In this document: positions 30,325 through 44,409 of the stretch, one piece after another
Position numbering within the stretch: the stretch's first letter is position 1
Layout of the letters: every line of letters starts with the position of its first letter
NCBI RefSeq assembly: GCF_009914755.1
Contig: NC_060928.1
Length of the DNA: 64,000 nt
Strand: one strand, 5' to 3'
Source of the DNA: the human T2T-CHM13v2.0 reference genome, Homo sapiens
Notes under the pieces: generated by a model
Seen by the model: only the letters and a program-made list of their open reading frames with translations
The model's database searches: none
Told to the model about the DNA's origin: nothing
Made by a program: the position numbers and the translations under genes

Positions 30325-31445
30325 TCCCAAGGTGTTAACATAAGGTAGGGAGCAGTCATCAGCACTAGCCAAGGGAGTCCTGAGCTGACATGAAAAAGGC
30401 TCCTCTCAGTTTGTACAGGTATGGGTTAGCATTAGGCATCTGGGATGCAGAAGTTAAAAAAAAAAAAAAAAGAATCTTCTTTTTTTTTTTTAGATTTTTT
30501 TCTTGAAGTTATACCAGATGTTTTCATCTTTGCTCTGCCATTCTAGAACATTTCTGTGTTCTAGATTTCTTTGACCTGGGGATCTGAAGGTGAATTCCCA
30601 CCAACATGTTGCTCTGTCATGGATGAGGATATGGCTGGGGATCACATAGCCCAGAATGGCAGCGTCACTTTGCTGCAATCCTGTGTCTTCTCACTGAATT
30701 TGCTAAGTTCTCTTTGGGACAGGCATATGAGTGTTTGTTATGCCACACACCTAAGTTGTTTTCTGGGGTAGAGAGAGGCTCTGCTCAGATGCATTCACAA
30801 AAGCACCCTTGTGAATCAGAGAAGACTCAAATATTCACATTCAATGCCCAACAAAGGAAGATGAGAAAGTCCAGTGTAGCTGAGGTGTACTAGGTATTAG
30901 AAGAACAGCACTAACTTGATTTAATATAATCAAAGCTGAGGTGTACTAGGTATTAGAAGAACAGCTAGTACACCTTTGATTATATAAAAATTATGGATTT
31001 CTATTCAACAAATCTCACATGGATAGAGTTAACAGATGAGAGACAGCATGGAAGAAGGTATCTGTAATGTTTAAAACTGACAATGGACTAATTTGTAGAC
31101 TGTAAAAGGAACCCTTGCAAATCAGTAAGAAAGATTACAATGAAAGAAATATAAAATTGAGCAAAGGATGTGAACCAGTGAAAGAACAGAGAAAAGGAAG
31201 ATGAAACTAAAAAGCTAGTATGCACATGAAGAGAAACTCAGAATCATTGGTTAATATAAAAATTGAAGTTAATAAACAATGCCATCACTTGACAGCTGGA
31301 GAAACACGCTTGATGTTGGTGGGGTTGAAGAGAACCCGCAGGCATTATTGGTGGAAGTAAGGACTGGTATATAACAGCACTGCCAAAGAACATACAGGCA
31401 CTAGTAATCAAATTAAGGATATGCATACTCTAAGATTCAACTTGC

Positions 31446-31831
31446 TACTATGGTTTGAGTGTGTTCCCCAAAGTTCATGTGTTGGAAACTTAATCCCCAA
31501 CACAACAGTGTTGGGAAGTGGGGCCTAATAAGAAGGGATTAGGTCATGAGGGCTCTTCCCTCATTAATAGATTAATGTCGTTATCTCAGGAGTGGGTTAG
31601 CTGTAGTGAGAGTGGGCTTGTTATATACAAAAGTGAGTTCGGACTCCTCTTGTTCCGTTGCTCTCTTGCCCTTCAACCTCCTGCCATGGGTGATGGAGCA
31701 AGAAAACCCTTGACAGATGTGGGACCTGCGACCTTGGACCTCACAACCTCCAAAACTGTAAGAAATAAATGTATTTTCTTCATAAATTACCCCGTCTGTG
31801 GTATTGTGTTATAGCAAGACAAAAGAAGACA
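31446..31831 (-). mobile_element. MaLR solo LTR (MST family)
   Basis: ctatggtttgagtgtgttccccaaagttcatgtgttggaaacttaatcccc...; 5-bp TSD cttgc; orientation by family convention. Confidence 0.8.
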
Positions 31832-32339
31832 CTTGCCCAGCTAGATGCCTCGAAGAAATCCTCCCACACATACTTAAGGAGAGGATATTCATCACAGTAT
31901 GATTGTGGGCTGAAAGTCCATTACTGAGAAAGTGGAGAGTAAATTGTGCAAGATAAACACAGTGGAGTATTTTATACAGCAGTTAGAAGCAACAAATTAG
32001 ATGAACACACAGTAACATGGACAGGTCTTTAAAATGTAATGAGTTGTGAAAAGAAAAAAAGGAAATAGAGATCTACAACACAATACTATGTGAGTAAAAA
32101 ATGTATGCTTGCAAAATAACAATACACATTGGATAAGAATGCATGCAAACAAAAAAACGTACATATTAAACCACTGAAAAATGGTTGCCTATTGGGGAAG
32201 AGGAATGGGAGTAAGGTATAGTGATAAAGAGGGATAAATGAGTCAAACAAGACAGGGGCCTTGCTTGACCCCTGATGATCATGTATAAGGAGCTGAGGAG
32301 TATCATTAACTCATCACTTTGCCTCTGAGATCTGAAACT

Positions 32340-32520
32340 AGGGAGGGAGGAGGAAGGAAAAGAAGGAGGGAGGGAGGGAAAAAAGGAATAGAGAAGAAGC
32401 AGCAGGAGGAGGAGGAGGACGAGGGAAGAGATGGAAGAAGGAGAAAAGAAGAAGAGAAAAGAGGAACAAGAAGAAGAGGAAGAAGGAGGAGGAGGAGGAA
32501 GAGGAGGAGGAGGAACAGCA
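32340..32520. repeat. Polypurine (GGA/GAA) low-complexity tract
   Basis: Almost entirely A/G on the plus strand. Confidence 0.9.
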
Positions 32521-32631
32521 GCTTCAGAGGGCAAAATGACAAGTGAGAGAATGCAATGAAATAATAGGCATTTAGAGCAAAGGGTGGTCTTGAGCTAGCC
32601 AGTCCCTCAGGAATCCTAAGAAATCCTGAGG

Positions 32632-32933
32632 AGGTGGCTCACGCCTGTAATCCCAGCACTTTGGGAGGCCGAGGCAGGTGGATCACGAGGGCAGGAGTTC
32701 AAGATCAGCCTGGCCAAGATGGTGAAACCCCATCTCCACTAAAAATACAAAAATTAGCCAGGTGTGGTGGCACGTGCCTGTAATCTCAGCTACTCGGGAG
32801 GTTGAGGCAGAGAATTGCTTAAACCCGGGAGGTGGAGGTTGCAGTGAGCCGAGATCAGGCCACTGCACTCCAGCCTGGGCTACAAGACCGAGTACAAGAC
32901 CGAGACTCCGTCTCGAAAGAAAGAAAGAAAGGA

Positions 32934-33013
<80 letters not shown>

Positions 33014-33016
33014 AAT
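32632..33016 (+). mobile_element. Alu (S) with (GAAA)n microsatellite tail 32916-33016
   Basis: TSD aagaaatcctgagg / aagaaattctgagg; internal 12-bp duplication tacaagaccgag 32881-32904. Confidence 0.95.
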
Positions 33017-33040
33017 TCTGAGGAGGATCATGAACTTTGA

Positions 33041-33367
<327 letters not shown>

Positions 33368-33797
33368 AGTTTACATGAATATTTTTAAAAAGGGTGGTCC
33401 CAAAGAGCTAGAGCATTTGGGGACATCTGACTGATAGAAGTAAATAAGAAAATGCCTATCATGAAAAGATGTTATCTTTATTCAGGTGGCAATTTCTTGA
33501 GGAGCTACCTTGATTTTGAGAGAAAATGAAGAGAAAGGTATTCGGCAAAGGTGAAATGTGCAGGGAAGAGTCCACTCTGGATGGTGTTTTGGTCAGCAGG
33601 CTGTGGATGGGGTGTGTGAGAGTGAAAGTTTATCACACTGAGAAAAGGCCTCTACGCCTAAACTAATGTTCAGGCTGGGTTATTACTAAAATGTGGTCAT
33701 ATCATGCTCCATTAACAGTTACATTAAAATATAAGACCAAAGAACCTGAGTTTTGTTTCAATTTTTTAATATCCCCAAATTTTAATAAAAATTTTAC

Positions 33798-33818
33798 CTT
33801 GAGCCACAGATGCAAAGC
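33798..33818 (-). CDS. CFI: CFI exon 7 (21-nt microexon)
   Basis: GFASVAQ; ttcttcag|GCTTTGCATCTGTGGCTCAAG|gtaaaa. Confidence 0.93.
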
Positions 33819-33975
33819 CTGAAGAAAACAAAAACAAAAAATTTATCAAAGGATAATTTTTAATTTGGAAAAAATGCACACTATATCAATATACTATACA
33901 TATATCATGAAAACCATTGCACCTTATTTCTGTTTTCTTCGGTAATATAATTTTTCTATTATAAAAATGATTTAC

Positions 33976-33999
33976 CTTGAATTGTAGGATGTCTAGCTG
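33976..33999 (-). CDS. CFI: CFI alternative 24-nt microexon (adds AARHPTIQ)
   Basis: gttttag|CAGCTAGACATCCTACAATTCAAG|gtaaat; phase 1-1, no stop; matches my recollection of a longer CFI isoform. Confidence 0.8.
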
Positions 34000-34215
34000 C
34001 TAAAACAAAAAACAAAAAACTCACTATAGCAAAGAGATCATTTTGATTTGAATAAAATATGCACAAATTATTAAATTTCAGACTAGTACAACTTAATAGT
34101 TAGAAGCATTACTAAAATGCAAAGGCAGAGCTCATCCCTAAATAAGAGTAAACTGAAGTAACAATGATAGTTGGCTAAATGTGTTTTTGAAACAGATTTT
34201 AAAAAGATAAAAGGA

Positions 34216-34302
34216 GGTCAGGTGCAGTGGCTCATGCCTGTAATCCCAGCAACACGCCTTCCAAAGTGTTGGGATTACAGGCGTGAGCCACTGCACTTGG
34301 CT
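34216..34302. repeat. Fold-back of two Alu 5' ends
   Basis: 36-bp arms 34216-34251 / 34267-34302. Confidence 0.9.
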
Positions 34303-34850
34303 GGGGCAGGGATTTTTGAAATGTTATTCACTAATGGAACCCCACCACCTAGAGCAGGGACTGGCACACACAGTAGCAGCTGAATAAATATTCATCAAGT
34401 AAATGAATAAATATAACTTAAAGAGATTTTTCCTCCAGAAAGCACTGATGGAAGCAAAGAGTCAGTCTGTATAGTCTAGAATAGGTACATAAGGAATATT
34501 TTTCACCATTGGAGGTTATCCAGAGCACCAACTCATTGCTTTGAAACTTGGTAAGTAAAAGGAAAAAATGAAGCATTATTCTGCCTCTCTATAGATTTCT
34601 AGTTAATAAGTGCAATAGGCATGATAAAATTAGAAATTGCCATTTTACAGCCCTATTGACAAAATGGACATAGGCAACAATTTAAAAGGCTGCTAAAACC
34701 ATTAGGCAAAAGATTGTGGGGCACTTTGAAATGGACACACCAAGCTGATCAAGTAATCATCTTAGCATCACTAGAGGAGGGACAACCAGACAAGAAGACA
34801 TTATGTGTAACAGGAAATACATGCAAGACTCATCAAGAATTCTTGCCTAA

Positions 34851-35150
<300 letters not shown>

Positions 35151-35661
35151 GAATTCTTGCCTAAAATATTAAACCTTGCTCTTAAAAAAAAGTGTTCATT
35201 TGTCATTGACTCGAAGCTCAAAACCTTGGTTATAATCAAGTCTCTCTAAATCTAGAATAGAAGTATACTATAGGCAAACGACTCAGTTTCTCTAAAAAAA
35301 AAAAATAATAATAATAGTATGAAAAAAATTGGGGTAGGGAGGTGGGGAAGATAACTCTTGATGAATAAAGAAGACTTTAAAAACGTAATAACCAAACAGA
35401 ACATTCAGATTCTTTTAGATCCTGATTTGAATCTATTCATTCAAAAAAGACATTTTTGAGATAGTTGAGAAAATTTGAACATGGCTGTTATTAAATGACG
35501 TTAGTGAATTACTATTATAGTGAATTATTATATCTAACATAGATTTTAGATATACGAATGAGAGAATGAATGGTTTTATATATATATAGTGTTTTTATCA
35601 CTGGAGATGCATATAAATGATGTGATATGATATCTAAAATTTACTTTAAAATACTGCAACA

Positions 35662-35961
<300 letters not shown>

Positions 35962-36314
35962 ATACTCCAACAAACATACAAACAAACAAACAAACTGGAA
36001 GAGAGATAAACAAGATTGGCAAACTATCAATAACTTGCAGGTGGAAAATGGGTACTTAAGGATTGGTTCTAATGGTCTATTTTTTGTATGTGCAGTGAGA
36101 CCGTCTTTTAATAGAAAGTTCTGAAATAACAAGTAGATATTTAGCGGATGAAAATATGAGGAGATGAACATTCCATAGTTCTGCAAATGCCCACTCAGTG
36201 TTCTTACTGCTACACCCATCTATGTTCCCCTTAAGATTATACTTTACCTAAAGAAAAGTTTCAGAATCCCTGGATTCAATAATGAAAAAAAGTCACCCCA
36301 AGTCTTTCAATTAC

Positions 36315-36425
36315 CTGCACAGCCAACTTCATCTTCCCCTGTAATGCAGTCCACCTCACCATTGCATTGATACTGGCTTGGAATGCAAACACCCGATTTG
36401 CAATGGAAGCCTTTGCCTTGGCATG
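36315..36425 (-). CDS. CFI: CFI exon 6 (LDLRA2)
   Basis: [37 protein letters not shown]; gcacag|CATG ... GCAG|gtaatt; 111 nt. Confidence 0.97.
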
Positions 36426-36567
36426 CTGTGCAAACATAAGCAGGAGAGGTTTTTTTCATTCCTTAAAGTTGAATGAGGTACAATATAAAATTCAATAGTA
36501 AAGTTGTTTTTCCTCTTTTAGTCAGAAAAATGAATTTAGAGGATTTAGAGGCTAGATTTATGTCTAC

Positions 36568-36681
36568 CTTTACAACACAGTTCATCACTTTGGTCTCCAC
36601 AATCATTGATACCATCACAGGCTTTCATCTGAGAAATGTATTTCCCATTCACACACTGAAAGAAGTCATCCATTGGAGAAT
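36568..36681 (-). CDS. CFI: CFI exon 5 (LDLRA1)
   Basis: [38 protein letters not shown]; ttacag|ATTC ... AAAG|gtagac; 114 nt. Confidence 0.97.
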
Positions 36682-37561
36682 CTGTAAAGCAGGAATTATC
36701 TTTGTGAAATTTATTTATGGAGTGGTGGCATGACATCCTTATCAGATTTTTGGGATAATGGAGTCATTAAGAGAAAGTTAAACTTCAAAAAAATGTATAA
36801 AACGTATTGGTATTATCAACATAGTACATATGACTCATACAGAAAATAAAGGTCAAACCTGGCTTATGGAGGCTCTTCTATTATCTCTGAAAGTCAGTAT
36901 TAATTGTGAAAGTCTATATTTGCTGAGATGGGGAGGAATCAAGAGTACGTGCTGACATTGACAAACACTGGTTTCCACCCATTTCTTTCATGCTGCTATA
37001 CTCATCCTCACCCCTACTCCCAAGACTTGCTTGGTTAGTGCCATTTGTTTACATTTTGGTGGTACTTTTTTTTAGCACTGAAAAGGAGTGGGTATAGGTT
37101 TGGTCTTTAAAACTACATGTATGACTAAAATATTCCAGTGTCAGGAAGGAGGAGAAAAGTCTCAATGAATGCCTGAAAACTGAGGCACCAATGTGGTCAC
37201 TTAAAGGTTTTAAATAAATTCATATATGCTGGCCCTCTTAAAGGAGATGCTGAGCTTTCTTCTTATGTTTGATTGACTTGTGTTTGCTACAGTAACTTTA
37301 ATCCAGATGTTCAAATGAAGCAAGGGGAGTCAGGCAACTTTGCTTCCCATATGTGAACCTGTAGAGAGGCAATGTCTGAATGGCAAAATGGTACAATAGG
37401 GGAAAGGTACCAATTTAGACTCTAAAGCCCAAAACTTGACAGAATCTATATTATTGCCTCTGTGACTGGCAACGAGGCATCAATCATTTGTTTACTATAG
37501 GCTTGGTGTAAAATAAACAACCTTCAAGGAAGGGAAAATAACAGGCAAATACTCCACCAAC

Positions 37562-37737
37562 CTGCTTTCTGTGTATAACAAACCACATCAGCGAAATCCT
37601 GGTAACCCATAGTTCTTCTCTTAGTAAAAGTACATTCAGCCAAACTGGTCTCTAATCCTCGGCAATGCACATGTAGACATTCAGTGGAATTTATAGAGAG
37701 ATCAGACAACTTAAACCTTCTTTGAGTATCAGCACCT
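37562..37737 (-). CDS. CFI: CFI exon 4 (SRCR, second half)
   Basis: ...[48 protein letters not shown]; ttgcag|AGGT ... GCAG|gttggt; 176 nt. Confidence 0.97.
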
Positions 37738-37942
37738 CTGCAAATAGAATAAAGGAAACATTATGGTAGAATAATTAGTACTTTGCATTTATAACCCTAC
37801 TGTAGCAGGTAAGAAACTAGAGTAATGTCCTCTCATTCTCTATATAGGAGTTACAGCTTGGGCAAGATACCGAAACTCTGAGCCTCAGTACCTTCATCTA
37901 TAAAAGGGAATATAACTACCTCACTGGGTTTTGTAAAGATTA

Positions 37943-38309
<367 letters not shown>

Positions 38310-38599
38310 TTAGCTGGTTGGTTCAATTATTGCCTAAGACTTGGAAAGTTAGGTTAGTTTAATTCCTGTAGGTCAATTTTGCTTTTACAGTAAGCTACAT
38401 CTTCACTTCAGCCTTGACAGTATTAAGGTGATATTTTGGCATTTGTGTGCCATTGCTTGGACTTCTCAATTTGCTCAGAATTTGTGAGAAGAGACTTCCT
38501 CAGTGACGTATTATCCTAGAGATGATGATTTACAGTGAACTATTCTTCTAGGACATTCAATTGTTCCTTGCTTCTCTCTAGAAGTAAATGGGGAAAATA

Positions 38600-40020
38600 G
38601 GTTAAAAATAAAAAATTGAGCAAAGATGCATCAGGTAAATGGAAACAAAAATAGAACAGTAATGACAATATAAATATTAGACTAACTAGGATAAAAAGCA
38701 AAAAGAAAACAAGGTGAAGCCAAGATTTGTAATTATTTCAGATCATGAGGCTGTGCCATGAGAACAAACAAGAGCCATTTGAGGCAATCTTATAGGTTAA
38801 TAATCTGAAAAACGTACCAACCTAAAAATATCTAAAAATACTATATAAAATGCCATCTTCTTCCTCAATGAGTTCTTAAGGAAGTAAGGGAAATCTGCAC
38901 TGGTTAAAATTAGAGATGTCTGTTCATGAGCTTATGCAAAATATAAGAGCAAAATACTGAGAAATAAAATACTGAGAGAATCTACCAGTAGGTTGAACCA
39001 TAAGTTGTAGGTAACAAACTGCTGAAACTCAGAAATAGCCTATGGCTTAATTTAACAATATAAGAGACTCTCACTAATGAACTACTAGCAGATGTGGTTT
39101 AAGAAGAAGAAAATTGAATTCAGAAAGAAGGGGTGAGATACAAGAAAGAACAAACCAAGAAGTTGGTAAACATGAAGTAAATCTGAGTAAGCATTGCCTT
39201 AACAGTAGTGATAATGGCTTATTATATCATCATAGTGATTAACTTCTGGGATATAGAAAAATAAGGTGGAACTAAATATTAGAAACTTGATGGGTTAATT
39301 ACATTTTTTTCTATTATTACTGAAGGTGAGGACTTCCTAAATCAATGATTTATGGTATAAGTTCAAAGGTAACTAAAGAAGTAGAAATATAATGCATAAT
39401 TTTCAAACCAACTAGAGGTGGAAAAGAGGAAAGATTTTTAAAAATCTTTAATTTAGTAGAAATTATAAAAGGAAAAAGGACAAAAGCACACAAAAAGCAG
39501 GGTAAATAATAAGCCTAAAAACAAGAGGAAAAATAAATTCAACAATGTAAGTAAGTATAATAAGGTAAATGGACTAAACTCTTTAGTTAACAGTGATTGT
39601 AATATTGAATTAAAACAAATCTAGATATGTGCTGTTCATAAGGAACATGCTTAAAATCTAAAGATATAGGAAGACTGAAAGTAAAGAAATAGAGAAAGAT
39701 CTAAACAGAGCAGCTAATTCTATTAATAATGAGTAACATATCTATTATCTAGAACCCTGCACGTGGAGCATTTGAAAAATACTCAGCCACAAAGCAAGTC
39801 TCAACAAATATTTGAAAAAATTGTTATCATACAGGGATATTCTCTAACCACACAGAATAAGAAAATCAATAACACAAAGTTAACCAAAAGCAAACTAACG
39901 TATTAATTAAAACTAATATTATAATAAAGAAAACTTCTAAATTACATATGGGGCAAAGAAGAAATTATATTGAAAGTTAGAAGATATTTTGAACCAAACA
40001 ATAAATAAAATATCACTTAT
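38600..40020 (+). mobile_element. Ancient L1M fragments
   Basis: A-rich degenerate ORF2-like motifs, e.g. taaatggactaaac, gccacaaagcaagtctcaacaaat. Confidence 0.55.
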
Positions 40021-40272
40021 ATATAAGTATATATACTATAATTATAGTATATAAGCTATATATAAATTATAGTTTGTACACTATACTCATAGTATATATA
40101 CTTATATACTATAATTATAGTAAACTATACTATAAAACTATAAACTATAATTTATCCTAACTATATAGTTTATACTATAACTGTATAGTTTATACTCACT
40201 GTATAGTTTATAGTATAAACTATATTATATAACTATAAACTATACTCACACACAGTATATAAACTATACTAA
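40018..40272. repeat. AT-rich low-complexity (tatactataa-like) tract
   Basis: Degenerate TA-rich repeats. Confidence 0.8.
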
Positions 40273-40584
40273 GTGTGAAAAAGTGTACATAATTGTAGAC
40301 GAGTAGGAGACAGACAGAAATGAATGTGTTTGTGACTCTCAGAATCACTAAAGGATTCACATCCAGATACTTCAACAGACTTATTATCCATGCTTTGTTG
40401 TCAGCAGGGTTCCAAGTGTTGGGTAAACATGAATGCATATCATCCTCATAACAATGCTATGATGCACATAGTTAATTTTCTTAGGTTACACATATGGAAA
40501 TTAATACACAGAAAGGTTAGGTAATCAAAAAGCAAACAGAACAATTAAATCAGCCATGAGAAAATCCACTGATACAAGCGCTCA

Positions 40585-40779
<195 letters not shown>

Positions 40780-41885
40780 TCACTTTTTTCTCTTAATTAA
40801 AAGTCTTTAAAAATAATAATGTACTTAATGTCAAGTGAGCTTTGAACATCATGACGATTTTAACAAGTAATAGTAAGCAATCATTTTACGAGTGTTTATT
40901 ATGTGTCAGCGGCAGTGCTATTCAGCTGTATAGAGGATCATTAAATCCTCACATCAACCCTATGAGGATAAAGCCTGTTTATTCCCATTTTTACACAAGG
41001 AACCTCTAGGGGAAGTTAAGTTCCTGGCCCAAGTGATGAAGCCAGGATTTGGAACTTGCTCAGTTGATCTCACTCCAAAGTCCATGCTCTCAAAAGTAAG
41101 CCCAACCGTGAAAATGTAAAATGTAGAAAGGGTTTATGTATTCTCGTGTATTTAAGGCATTTAATGCCTCAAGAGAAGAAAAGTCTGACACTGATGAAAT
41201 AACCTCCACTATTGCCTTCTGCCTTTCCAACAGGGATGATAGATGAGCTCAAACAGGGAGCTTTTCCCCTCCTTTTCCACAGTATCTCAACATCTTAACT
41301 CAGCAACTCAAAAACATACAGGCTGCTGTGAGCTGATATATGTCATGGTGCCTTTAAAAAGAATGTTTTAAGCATTCCTTAGGTAATGAAGTGTCTGTAA
41401 TAACTTGCTATCAGAAGACAATGAACCTAAGCTTTGCTGTCAGACATAAAATGTAACAAGCACTTTCTGCATGCCAAGCACTGTGTGAAGAGCCCTGCAT
41501 ACATTGTTTTATTTAATTTTCACAAGAATTGTACAACTTAGAAACTTCACATTTTACAGATGAGGGAACTGGGGTCCAGTGAGGTCCAGCTTGTCAACAA
41601 CCAAGGTGGGGTTTGGAGGGACTTGAAACTCAATTGGACTGACAGCGAAATCCCTAATCATAACTACCCACTAGTCTGAATGCTAGGGCCCCAGCCTCCT
41701 CAGCACATGAAGCACCTGGAAGGGACTGTAGACAAGATCTCTGGGTCTGACGTCTGGGTTTGCTAGGTTGGAGTATGTCCCAGGTCAGCAGTGGCTCAAG
41801 CGGCCCTTGGATATTTAGGAACAATGGGGTCAGGGCTGGGGGAGAGGGTTGCGGGGGACGGCTGTTGAAAGAAATTATTGGGGTA

Positions 41886-42226
<341 letters not shown>

Positions 42227-42528
42227 CTAGACTACATGTGAGTACCAACCTTACTGGAAGACTTTTCACTGGGTTCTGAACCAACTCAATGGCCCTGGGA
42301 ATAATCCCTTTAACCAAGTAGAAGTGAGGGTGGGGACAATTCTAAAGGGCTGGGCAGCAGGGAGTGGCACCGGCACTGAAGGAAGGTCTGGACTCAGCAT
42401 CCCACGCTCTGCACTCAAAGGCTGGCTGGATTCTGGCAACCCCTGATTTGTTTAGTGATTACTCCAATTATTATTGAGAGTCTAGAAAAAAATTTTGAGT
42501 TGTCATCATAACATACACAAGAGAATTA

Positions 42529-42894
<366 letters not shown>

Positions 42895-43010
42895 TTAACT
42901 TAGCAACAAATTAAAGACTCCTGTTTGAAGATGAGTAAGTGAAGGAAAAGAGCAAAACAGATACAGCCCACAGTACAGATGAGGATGGTGTTGTCTGGTG
43001 GCTTCAAGAA

Positions 43011-44409
43011 TCAGAAATAATGCCGCATATCTACAACCATCTGATCTTTGACAAACTTGACAAAAACAAGAAATGGGGAAAGGATTCCCTATTTGATAAA
43101 TGGTGCTGGGAAAACTGGCTAGACATATGGAGAAAGCTGAAACTGGATCCCTTCCTTACACCTTATACAGAAATTAATTCAAGATGGATTAAAGACTTAC
43201 ATGTTAGACCTAAAACCATAAAAACCCTAGAAGAAAACCTAGGCAATACCATTCTGGACATAGGCATGGGCAAGGACTTCATGTCTAAAATACCAAAAGC
43301 AATGGCAACAAAAGCCAAAATTGACAAATGGGATCTAATTAAACTAAAGAGCTTCTGCACAGCAAAAGAAACCACCATCAGAGTGAATAGGCAACCTACA
43401 GAATGGGAGAAAATTTTTGCAATCTACTCATCTGACAAAGGGCTAATATCCAGAATCTACAATGAACTCAAACAAATTTACAAGAAAAAAACAAACAACC
43501 CCATCAAAAAGTGGGCAAAGGATATGAACAGACATTTCTCAAAAGAAGACATTTATGCAGCCAAAAGACACATGAAAAAATGCTCATCATCACTGGCCAT
43601 CAGAGAAATGCAAATCAAAACCACAATGAGATACCATCTCACACCAGTTAGAATGGTGATCATTAAAAAGTCGGGAAATAACAGGTGCTGGAGAGGATGT
43701 GGAGAAACAGGAACACTTTTACACTGTTGGTGGGACTGTAAACTAGTTCAACCATTGTGGAAGTCAGTGTGGCGATTCCTCAGGGATCTAGAACTAGAAA
43801 TACCATTTGACCCAGCCATCCCATTACTGGGCATATACCCAAAGGATTATAAATCATGCTGCTATAAAGACACATGCACACGTATGTTTATTGCGGCACT
43901 ATTCACAATAGCAAAGACTTGGAACCAACCCAAATGTCCATCAATGATAGACCAGATTAAGAAAATGTGGCATATATACCCCATGGAATACTATGCAGCC
44001 ATAAAAAATGATGAGCTCATGTCCTTTGTAGGGACACGGATGAAGCTGGAAACCATCATTCTCAGCAAACTATTGCAAGGACAAAAAACCAAACACCACA
44101 TCGTCTCACTCATAGGTGGGAATTGAACAATGAGAACACATGGACACAGGAAGGGGAACATCACACACTGGGGCCTGTTGTGGGGTGGGGGGAGGGGGGA
44201 AGGATAGCATTTGGAGATATACCTAATGTTAAATGACGAGTTACTGGGTGCAGCACACCAACATGGCACGTGTATGCATATGTAACTAACCTGCACATTG
44301 TGCACATGCACCTAAAACTTAAAGTACAAAAAAAAAAAAAAAAGAATGGTATGACTGCCATCTTGACCATGAAGAAATCCTAAAAAAAAAAAAAAAAAAA
44401 AGAAAAAAA
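43011..44409 (+). mobile_element. 5'-truncated L1PA (about L1PA3-5) with 3' transduction, inserted in a MIR
   Basis: ORF2 C-terminus open to its stop at 44126, L1 3'UTR, A-tail 44328-44343, second A-tail 44382-44409; TSD aagaatcaga 43006-43015 / 44408-44417. Confidence 0.93.
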
